Source: Cyanophora paradoxa CCMP329 (taxonomy: Eukaryota > Plantae > Glaucophyta). From it: DNA of 64,000 nucleotides. Made by a program: the position numbers and the translations under genes. Positions 25,686-36,400 of the stretch are shown in pieces. Each line of letters opens with the position of its first letter. Position 1 is the stretch's first letter. Location of the stretch: contig QPMI01000577.1 of assembly GCA_004431415.1 (NCBI GenBank), positions 44,985 to 108,984 on the forward strand, in the 5' to 3' direction. The notes under the pieces were generated by a model that searched no databases, was not told the DNA's origin, and saw nothing but the letters and a program-made list of their open reading frames with translations.

Positions 25686-26622
25686 AACAAGGACAAAGCT
25701 CAAGCTTAAGGTAGAATTCGAATCGAATTTACTGTACTGGGTCGGATTTGGAGGCCCAGTGGCCCACGCGAAGGCCGAGGCCCACCTCCCCGGCCCCGAG
25801 CCTCGGAGCCGAGTCGGAGGAGGCCGGCGACGTCGACGCGGGCGCCCGGCCGCGGCGCGCCGATCTTGCAATTGCAATCGACTCTCGGATTGCAATTTGC
25901 AAGGATCAGCTAGCTATAGCGTACGTTTGTGAGAAATTCGAATTCGGTGCTAAAAAATCCGAATTTACGAATTGCGGCAACCCTAGCTATATGTATATGA
26001 GGTCCGAGGGCCTACCCAGTAACTTCCGAAGTTCCTAGGTTTTCGGCTACGGCCCCACGTGCACGGGACCCCGTAATACCTGGTAGCCCGGGCGCCCGCC
26101 CGGCCCGGGCCCCGGCCCGGTACGGCGGTACTGTAAATAATAAAGTCTGTAATCTCTCAAAAAAATTGAGCTTGCGAAAACGGAAAAATAAGCTTGCGAC
26201 GACGAACCGTCAACTGTACATGTGCGTGTGCACATGCAACTTAACGAACTTTCAAAGTTTCGGACGTTTCACCGTTGAACGGCGATGAACGCTCCGAGCC
26301 TAGGCGTCCGACTCGCTAGCTTCGAATTCGCGATCGTCGGCGATTCGTCGCTCGCGCGCTCAGCGGCTACTAGCCGCCGGCGCCGGCGGCCCGCCGCGGC
26401 CGGCTACTAGTAGCCTACTACTAACCTATTAGTACCGTACTAGTACTACAAAGTACGTACCATTCTATGATACCAGCATGCATCATCATGGCATCATGAA
26501 TGGCAATGATGGCATCCGCATGCCCAGTGCCCACATTGCCCAGCTAGCGCTGCAGGGCCCAGTGCAGGCTGCAGGCTGCAGCTAGAGATCTATACTACTA
26601 GTCTACTACTAGTATTATACTA

Positions 26623-27225
26623 CTGTAGAACTATAGTTAATTTAGTACAGGAAAATAATTAGTACTTTGCCAAAACTGCCACTTTAGCAGGTGGTAAAAG
26701 ATTAGTAGGTCAGTCTTCGCGGGGCTTTTGTATGGCGGAGACGGAGCTACCCCTACAAATTCTCGGCTTTAGCAGGCGGGAAATATGCTGATTATATGCA
26801 GCTAGGGTTGCCGAATTTCGGAAATTCGGATTTTGGAGCGCCGAAATTCGGAATCGGCCCGCCGAAATTTCCGAAATTTCGGCCGAAATTTCGGCGAGCC
26901 CCCGCCCTCCGGAAATCGTAAACAACAGGTTGAGTCCCCTTTAACCTAAAACAGACTGCCTAGCAATGCCTACTCGTGTGTTTAGCAGTGCCTACGGGCG
27001 CAGTTAGCGAGTCCCCGCCCCCCGGGCACCCCAACCCCCCACTTCCACGGCCGAAATATGGATATTCCGAATATTTTATTGATTATTCTATTCTCTATCG
27101 GCGAAATTCGGATCGGAGGGTGCCGAAATTTCGCCGAAATTTCGAATCTTTCGGAAATTTCGGCCGGCCGAAATTTCGGCCCGGTAACCCTATATGCAGC
27201 CCACTAAATATTTCCAGTTCTACAG
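26623..27225. mobile_element. TA-flanked MITE (Tc1/mariner-like), copy 1, interrupted by a nested hAT-like MITE
   Basis: TA|CTGTAGAACT...AGTTCTACAG|TA; body nearly identical to 29898-30127. Confidence 0.7.
26803..27192. mobile_element. hAT-like MITE (390 bp)
   Basis: TIR TAGGGTTGCCG / CGGTAACCCTA; perfect 8-bp TSD TATGCAGC (26795-26802, 27193-27200); many subterminal CCGAAATTTCGG-type motifs. Confidence 0.85.
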
Positions 27226-27367
27226 TAGTATCCAGCCTGGCAGACTCCAGCCTGGCAGACTCCAGAGACCCCAGACTAGTACTAGGTAGTAGGCACTAGC
27301 CTAGTAGTATGCGTGGGCTAGTAGTAGGCTACTAGTAGCCTAGTACTGGGCAGTGGGCAGTAGGCAC

Positions 27368-27881
27368 TAGTGCTGTCGTCACTGACTCGTCAGTCAGGCG
27401 GACTCAGGCCCCTGGCTGACCCAGTCGGTCAGCCCCCCTGACTGTGACTGACTCAGTCAACCCAACGCTCAGTCAGGCTACCGTGAAAAAGCTGTGAAAA
27501 ATGACCCGGAAATGACCTAAGTGCGATCTACCTACTTCATTTAAATTGCCAAGCATCAGCTGCAGGCACGGGCAGTAAGGGGTGAATATATCTGCGAAAA
27601 AGAGATTCGGCCCCCGCCGGCGCCATGGGCCATGGCCACTGCGGCCAGGTGTCAGACCGTGGGCGATTTCTTGAAGATTTCGACGACAGAAGATCATTTT
27701 TCGGTCGACCCACGTCAAGCTTTAGATGGGTAAAGCCCACAGTGAGGCACGCTCCCAGCAGGGTGTTGAATGGGAGTATTTGGGACTGAGAAAACGTCAT
27801 TCAGCCAAAATCTGACCCAGTGACTCAGTGAGGTCAGTCAGACCCTCTGACTGTGACTGTCAGTGACTGACGACAGCCCTA
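27368..27881. mobile_element. hAT-like MITE (514 bp)
   Basis: TIR TAGTGCTGTCGTCA / TGACGACAGCCCTA; 8-bp TSD GTAGGCAC/GTGGGCAC (7/8); subterminal TCAGTCA/TGACTGA motifs. Confidence 0.7.
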
Positions 27882-27907
27882 GTGGGCACTGGGCAGTGGG
27901 CACTGGG

Positions 27908-29460
27908 TAGGCCTGATGCTTGACCCCCCCCGGCTTCAAGCCAACTGCCGGCCGTGCTTCTCCTTGTACATGTTGAGCAGGCGCCGGCACATCGCTGCTC
28001 GAAGTCGTCCGCGTCCGTGCGCGGCCTTTGCGCTGCTGCATGCGCAGGCGCCCCTGCATGCAGCTGCAGCTGGCGCAGCTGCAGCTGCAGCTGCAGGCGC
28101 ATCGCTGGAGCCGGCGAACGCGGAGACACGGAGACTCCATCGCTACGCCCACTGACGACCTCACTCTCAACCTATCACCTACGGCCGCTTGCCGGGCCCT
28201 CGCGCCCGCCGCCGACCCGCCGTCGCCTGCGCGACCTGCGCCTCCACACCCCTCTCACTACCGCCGACACGCTCGCCTCCCGCCGCCACCACTGCTCTCT
28301 CCCCCCTGCCTTCTCTCGCCCGTTGCCCCAGTCGCCCTCCCCCACGGCCCCATCCCCCACCCCCTCCGCCCCTTCTGCTCTGCTGATCTCCCGCTACACC
28401 AGGGAGGGGACGGTGGTGCGGGCTGCCAGGTGGAAGGTCGTCGGTCGGCCGCTGAACCCACCGGCGCCTGCCCCGGCCACGCGCCAGGCCGGGGCGGCCG
28501 GACCGCCGTGGAGGGGGCTCGTCATTGCCCGCGGCGGGGGGAGGCGGTCGGCGGGCGGCTGGAAGCCCGGCGGAACGCGCCACTGGAGCCTCCCTCCTCC
28601 CGACCGCGGCTGCCCGACCCGGTCCTCCCCCGTCCTTTCCCACCGCCCAATGTCGCTCCGTGCCGTGCCCACCTCCCTACCCCCGTCCCCCCTCCCCCCG
28701 ACCAATCTTCCCCGAATGCTCTGAGCCCGGCGGCTCCACCAGGCTTGCTCTCGGACGAGCGAGCCCCCGACCCGACCCGCCGTGCCGACGACACGGCGGG
28801 CCGTACTCTAGCGTGTACAGAGTGGTTCAGATTATAGTGCGCCTTCTCGGAGGCCCTAGCTTGCTAGGCATAGCGCTAGCTACAGCTGCAGCCCACTTTG
28901 CTGCCCACCTCTGATTTCTATTCTCGTCCCTGGGTAGTCACTTCCCTTCCCGCGTAGGATCTTTCCTGTGCTGCAGCTCTAGATCTAGACTTAGTCCCCG
29001 GGGTAGCGTTTCCAGTTATTTCCATATCCGAGCTCCACCCGGTCCGATGTCCGAAAGGCTTAGTCCCGTAGGCTCATCTCTCGACTTGACACAGATGGAC
29101 ACCTCAGCTATATCTCTAGCCATTTGTCTCGGTGTGTGCGAATTCATTTACCTCACGCTGGAGCCGGCGATGGGCTGCGCGGGGGCACGGAATGAGATGT
29201 TGCCAGACGCGTCCTTGCCGATGACTGATCATGACTGCGTGGATTTGCCCTTCTCCTTCGGCGGCATTGCTGCTGGCTGGCAGTGGCTGCCTGGCTGAGC
29301 CTACTTCGCTGTGCCTAAGTATGGCCCTTCCCCCCCCTGCTCCCCCCCCCCCCATAATATTTGCAAGTATCTTCAAGCACGGCTTTCTGGCTCAAATGCT
29401 TGGGGCTAGAGGTCAAGCCAAGTGCTTGAGGCAAATGCTTGACCCCAAGCAGCAGGCCTA
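27908..29460. mobile_element. Non-autonomous hAT-like element (1553 bp)
   Basis: TIR TAGGCCTGATGCTTG / CAAGCAGCAGGCCTA; perfect 8-bp TSD GCACTGGG (27900-27907, 29461-29468); subterminal GCTTGA/TCAAGC motifs; no recognisable transposase. Confidence 0.8.
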
Positions 29461-29897
29461 GCACTGGGCCAGTCGACGTCGCCGCCGACTCGCCGGCGGG
29501 CCGGCGCCGGCGCGGGCCGGCGGGGCCTTGCAGCCTACTAGGGCCTAACTAGGCTACTAGGCTAGTTGCAGGCTTGCAGCCTTGCAGGGAACTTGAGGGA
29601 AGTTGCAGCTTGAATCCGAGTCATGCCATGCCACTGGGCCATGCGCTGCGATGATGCGCATGCATATGACTCTCAGTGAAGGGCACTGATCATGTGACTG
29701 ATGGCCCGAGGTCGACGGGCCCTTGATCATGGCTTGAATCCGCTTGATGCCAAGTTGATGGCGCAATATTTTAATTGCAATTGCAAGCCTGCGGCTGCAC
29801 CTGCAGGCTGCAGGGCCGTGTTCAGGCTTCCGAAGTTCCCCGGATCCGGGGGCGCACGTGCCACGCGGTGCGCAGCTGCAGCCAGCGCTATAGCCTA

Positions 29898-30127
29898 CTG
29901 GAGAACTGGTTAATTTAGTACAGGAAAATAATTAGTACTTCGCCAAAACTGCCACTTTAGCAGCTGGTAAATTTTTAGTAGGTCCGCCTTCGCAGGGCTT
30001 TTGTATGGCGGAGAGGGGCCTACCCCTACAAATTCTCGGCTTTAGCAGGCGGGAAATATTTAGTAGATCACTCAAAAAAGTTTAGTACTATAAATATGCA
30101 GCCCACTAAATATTTCTAGCTCTCCAG
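29898..30127. mobile_element. TA-flanked MITE, copy 2 (230 bp, uninterrupted)
   Basis: TA|CTGGAGAACT...AGCTCTCCAG|TA; single TATGCAGC at the position where copy 1 carries the nested insertion. Confidence 0.7.
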
Positions 30128-30424
30128 TATAGCTAGCTACTAGGCTATCCGAAAACGCTAGCTTTCGCTATAGCTATAGCCGCTGACATTTCGGCCGCGC
30201 GCGGGAGTCGGGACTCGGGAGAGAGGGCGCGCGCAAGCATCTCGTCGACTTCTCAAGTTCGCCGGCCGGCGCCGACGCCGCCGAGTTGTTCGAAGGTTCG
30301 CCAGCGCGCGCGCGGCCCGCGGCCGGCGGCAGCGGCAGAGCGGGCGACGTCCCAGCCACCACGCGCGCCGCGGCTGCGCGCGCGGGGCTGACCGTCGCGC
30401 GGCGCAGGAACCAAACCTCGCGCA

Positions 30425-33400
30425 ATGAAGGGCGCGCAAGCGGTTCTGCTCGTCGCCCTCGGCCTCCTGGCCTTCTCGGCTGTTGCCTCGGCCGCCGATC
30501 AATACGCGGTTCCTGCAAACTGCATTCCCTCCTCTTACACGCCTCCCACTTTCGAGAACACTGGCGTGAGCAACGTAGAAAAGTGCTACAGGTGCATACA
30601 TATGCATATGCATATGGTCGACCTTGTGAACCCAGACTTCGGGATCTTGCGCATGCTGATGTCGACCTTGCGCGGTCGTTTGCGTTCAGGTCCACTTGCT
30701 CTCCCGACCACTGCTCCATTGTTTGCGAAGGGGCCCTGTTTACGGGAACGCCAGCAAACCCGAAAGCCTTGTGCGTGTCGACGCTTTGACACATATACGT
30801 GAATTTCGACGACGACTGACGCGTGCACGTGCACGCGGCGCGCATGCACAGGAAGCCAGATGCCCTGAAGGTGTGGGTCACTGATACAGGGATTGGAAAC
30901 ACTCCCATCGACGAGGACAAGCCCGAGCGCATCTACTTTTACGCAAGCCAAGTTTTCACCGACACCGACAAGCTCAACATCGAGCAAGCTGTGTCCGGTA
31001 CCGGCACCGAGCGGCGAGCTGTGACCATCACTCAATTCCAGCTTGAGAATAGGCTGGACAAGAAGAACGAGACTGATGGCACCTACTACAAATTGACCTA
31101 CGTCGTTCGCTTCCCGAGAACCGACCCTCTGGCCAACTGCAGCCGCGGGCTCAAGAACTGGATCTCCGTGCGTTGGATTAATATTCGAAGTCCCCCTTGA
31201 GCTTGATTTTGACTGATCATGACGCGCGCAATATTCGTATGCAACAGGGCGGTTTCAAGTGCGGGGCAACCGAAATCGTGTGGCAAACGGGGCAGGGCGC
31301 GGCGGAGTTCCTCAATCCAGTTCTGAACAGTGGAAACAGCGATGCGGGCGTTAACTGCGTAGCTGATACAGGCTCGACCAACGTTGACACGCCGACGCCG
31401 GCGCCGACCAAGAAGCTGTACGCGCCTCAGAACGTGGAGATCAACCTCGGGGCGTTCAGCTACGCCGTCGGCTACCCCGCGACTGTCTCGTGGACGAACT
31501 CCGACGCTACGTACGCCAAGGCCGTGGATTACGTGCGTCCGCGTTTAGAGAACGACGCGATCGCAAGGACTGATCGCTGACATTTCGACTGATCGCACAG
31601 TTTACGATTGATATTCTGCCTCGTGCGTTCGCCTGATAATTTAAACACGCGTACGCGTGTTCCGGATCCTCCGTGTGCTGACCTTGGAGCGCGCGCACAG
31701 CCTCGAGCCCAGATCACGGGCCGGAGGGTGTCCAGAGCTGCCCCTTCAAAGAGCCCCCTTACAGCAAGAACTTCACGGGCACCACGGACCGCGACTACGC
31801 TGACATCGACAACGCGGTCAGCCCGCAGAGCATCAACTACCTCTGCCCTGGTTCGTGGATCTTTATATATTTATATATGTACCGATTCTATGGATCACGG
31901 CATTTATGCACACACAGGCTCCACCTACACTGTCATCGTCTCGGCCTGCACGAGCGCTCCTCTCGAGTGCGTGTCGTCCACGACCATCAAGGCCGTTCCG
32001 GGTTCGCCGCGCTTCGCTCGTCCTTCCATTATAATTAGTACTCCGGGGCGCCGCTGGGCCGGCTCTGAACGACGTTTTCCGCGCAGCTGTCGCGCCGACG
32101 AAGCCGCTCTGGCAGTCTGCCGCTGCAGGGGCCTTCTCGTTCCCGCTCGGCACGTGGACCGACGCCAAGTACAACGCCAGCGCTTATGACGGCGGCGCAC
32201 GCGTCAACAAGTACATCGTGACCGTCACCCCGGTGGGCACAGAAGTGGACTGCCCGAATCCTCCGCACAGCAAGGCTACCACCGTGACCACCTTCAAGCA
32301 CGTGAATGAGACCTCGACGTGGACTTACGAATCCCTCCGACTCGACGTCGCGGCCTATCTCTGCCCCGGTATGCCATGATATTGCTGGATTCAAGTTCTA
32401 GATCTGATCATGAGCTCGAGTTCTACATCTGACGTTCGACCCGGGCTGCCGCAGGCAACCAGTACACGCTGACCGTGGAGGCGTGCAACGCTGTTGGCTG
32501 CAGCGGCCAAGATGTGTTCCTCAATGCTGGGGGCGTCGGCATCGACGCGGCCTCCGGCCCCGGTGTTGACACGACTACCGTCGCCGTTTCTGGTGCGAGA
32601 TCTAGATCTCGAGCTCGAGCTCGATGCTTCACATCATGAAGCGCCGGCGCATATGCATCATGAACGAATTGCATCGCGCAGCGGTCCCCCCGGTGTGCGG
32701 GAAGCCCCTGCCGCACACTGAGCCCGGCCATCAGTCCGGGCCGTACGGTACACATAGTAAAATGCGGAGTTTTAACCCTCGGCTTATCTTAATTGATTTT
32801 GTTGATATATCTCGTATATTCTATTTCAATCAATCGATAATCTGTGTATATCTTATCGAATATTCAATTATTTCGATTATTTTGTATTCTTTTCGATATT
32901 TTATCGTAAATTTCTCTTATTTTCCGATTAGTCTTACTGAGTCTATCGATAATCTCTATATATTTCCGAATAATATAACTGAATCTCAATTAGATCTTGC
33001 CTCTGGTTAAAACTCCGCATTTTACTATGTGTGATTGGTCTAAAAGTTAATTGATTTAATCGATATTATATTCATGTACTTTCTCGATTAAATTTAATTA
33101 AATTTAATTCATTTAATCGGAAACATATCGCTTAACTCGATTAATATCTATATGAGATTCATTTGTTTAATTAAACAAATAGATCTCTTATTGAATCCAA
33201 TCGTAATTATACATGAAATTGATATGTTTTTATCATGTTTTATTGAGTCTAAGGGGGGTCCCTTAAGAATTTAATGAATAATTGGGTGTCACAGGTGTCA
33301 CAGGTCCATCCCAAACTTTTGGAAATTCACTCTTTATAGGAGAAACTTTGGGATAGACCTGTGACACCTGTGACACATACCATATTCAGTAAGGATCTCT

Positions 33401-36400
33401 TTTATAATGAAAAACTCAGTAATAATCTTATCTATGTATTTCTAATTGAATAAACAAATTAAATAATCGAGTGTCACAGGTGTCACAGGTCCATCCCAAA
33501 CTTTTGAAAATTTACTCTTTATAGGAGAAACTTTGGGATAGACCTGTGACACCTGTGACACTTACCATATTCAGTAAGGATCTCATATATTGTTAAAATC
33601 TCAGTGTTAGTTGGTGTAGTTGATTCAAAAAATGCATTTATACTCTGATTCATTGTTATTTCCTGTGAAATTTGAGTCAACTCAACCCACTTAGTCAACC
33701 CTTGCATTGAATTCGTAACAAAATCCATCACACTGTGATTAAAACCATTCTCCCCCCTGTGATTTATATCACACTGTGATTAAAACCATTCTCCCCCCTG
33801 TGATTTATATCACACTGTGATAAAATCACTCGAGGTATTTATCACACGTCGAAGTTTCGCCGAAGTTTCACACTTTTACGATTAATATGAGTCAACCTTG
33901 AGTCCACTTAAATAATAGGGTAATAGGGGGAATCTAGGGCAGATGCTTAGAAATGAAAGAATTATTGAGCCTATGATACTTTCATAGTCACGCTAGCCTC
34001 GTTAAGAGGATTCCGAATCTGTTTTTATCTTTGTTAGTTGATGAGTTGGTGAAGAGATACATGCATTTTAGTGTTTTGTATGGGATTTCATGCTATGACG
34101 TCATAATGACGATGCATATGTATATGATATATATGACATACCACGTGACTCGGGAGATCATGACGATCACGGCGATGTATTCATTGTCGTGATTTATACC
34201 ACACTGTGATTTTTATCACACTGTGATTAAAACCATTCTCCCCCCCTGTGATTTATATCACACTGTGATTAAAACCATTCTCCCCCCTGTGATTTTTATC
34301 ACACTGTGATTAAAACCATTCTCCCCCCTGTGATTTTTATCACACTGTGATTAAAACCATTCTCCCCCCTGTGATTTTTATCACACTGTGATTAAAACCA
34401 TTCTCCCCCCTGTGATTTTTATCACACTGTGATTAAAACCATTCTCCCCCCTGTGATTTATATCACACTGTGATTAAAACCATTCTCCCCCCTGTGATTT
34501 ATATCACACTGTGATAAAATCACTCGAGGTATTTATCACACGTCGAAGTTTCGCCGAAGTTTCAGTGTTTCGCTTGTCGGCATCTTCAAACGCTTGTATC
34601 TCATCACCAGATCATTAAAACGCAACGTTCTGCATAGCGTTGTGAAGCGCTTGATAAGATCTACAAGATTATGTGTATATCATATGCATATATGTATATC
34701 AGTCATACATATATTTGGAAAAAACGAGTTTTTGCCTAGTAAACTAGCTAGTTTTGGTCCTCTCTCTTAGTGTTCTTTGAGGTTTAGGGGCTGTGTATGA
34801 CTCCTTAGTAGTCTGAAAGTCATTATACCATCTCTGGCTATTCACTTCTGAAAGTTTCTGTGTCCCTGCTATGGTGAGCTTTTTGAGTTCCCTGTTAACT
34901 TTGCCAGTCTTCTCCTTTCTAGCCTCTATCAAAGGCTTATCTGGGACTTCATTAGCAGCTTCTATGCCTTCTCTCCTTATAGCAGCATCAACCCTGGCTT
35001 CCTCTTTGGCTTGCTCTAAGGCATCCACTGTAGGGGTTTCCAGATACTCAACTGCATTCACAGGTAACAGCTCATGGAATGCAAACCTGTTATCTATGAT
35101 CTCACCATTGGGACTCCTTAGCTTAAACTTAAAGCCTTCCCTACTATCAACAGTGTAAACCATCCTAGACCAATTGTTACCCTGTTTAGCAAAGGGGTTC
35201 TTCTCAACTTTCACTCTAACAAACATGCCAGGCTGCATGGTATCAAGATAAGCTATTGATTTCTTGAATCTTTCATCTTCTAATCCCACTATATACCTGT
35301 AATGCTCCTCTGTAGTTTCACCTGGCTTCAGCTTAGTAGCTGAGTGAACTGTATTATTGTAATTAAACTCAATATCACCCAACACATCAAAGAATCTAGC
35401 TGTGTTATTGGCTATGCAGTAGTTTGTGATCAATCTCTTAATCTGCTTGTTAAAGGCTTCAATTCGACCTTGGCTCCTATGGTCAGCAGTTCCACTCACT
35501 TGGTGTTCTATGTATTTACTAGATAGATACTCCTGGAATATTCGATTTTGGAATTCACTCCCAGCATCTGATTGAACCTTTACTATGGGTCTTGCCACTC
35601 TCATTTCAAGCTGTTTAAATGCAGCCAATGTAGTGAGAGCTGATTTATCCCTTATAGGTATAATATACCCAGTTCTCAGTGTGGATTCCATAGCAGTCAT
35701 AAAAGTATCATAGCCATTGTTTTGTTTCTTATAAGCTGGGAAAAAGAGCAAATCAATCACATAGGTATCAAGGGGTTGCCTAATTGGGACCATGGGATCT
35801 CTCTTTCTAGATATAGCAGGTGCATTGATCTGAACTACTTCCTGTTTTTTATAGAACTCTTGCAACTGCTTATAGGATTCATCAGGTAACTCAGCTCTCA
35901 TAGCTTGAAGCCCTTTGTAACCTGTTCTGACATCATAGAATCTCTTTGCAATCTTGCTGGTTTCTTTCACTGCAATTGCAACTGGAATCTCTACTGGGAC
36001 AAGTTCTTTCATCTCTGATTTTTTAACAATTCGAGATTCTCCCTTTTCCTCCTTTGGAATTGTGATGGGCAACAGGTTACCTTGCAGTTGTTCAGTGGTT
36101 CTTCTAACTATTCTTCCAGTTGCTGGCATCTCTTAATTAAAAGGAACAGAATTAATACCATCTGGTAAGATGTATCTCTTTGCATCAAAGCATTTTAGGG
36201 CAACCCTTCTACTCACAGTATCTATTATTGTGTGATCTGCCCTTCTTTTCTGCTTTGCAGTCACAGTCTTGCTGATACCTGCAAATAAACACGGCTTAAA
36301 ATCATTAAATTGGAGTTCCTCAGTGGAAGTCCCAGAGAGCTTACTTCTCTCAATCTCAGCAGTTCTAAAACTGTAAACCTTGGCTCTCAGACCCACATAC

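Noticed and set aside
34247-34262. Perfect bacterial CRP box TGTGA-N6-TCACA in the repeat unit
   Set aside because: Eukaryotic virus context with no CRP-like gene; treated as a generic palindrome
34216-34503. Possible CRISPR array
   Set aside because: Units are contiguous and nearly identical with no unique spacers, and there are no cas genes
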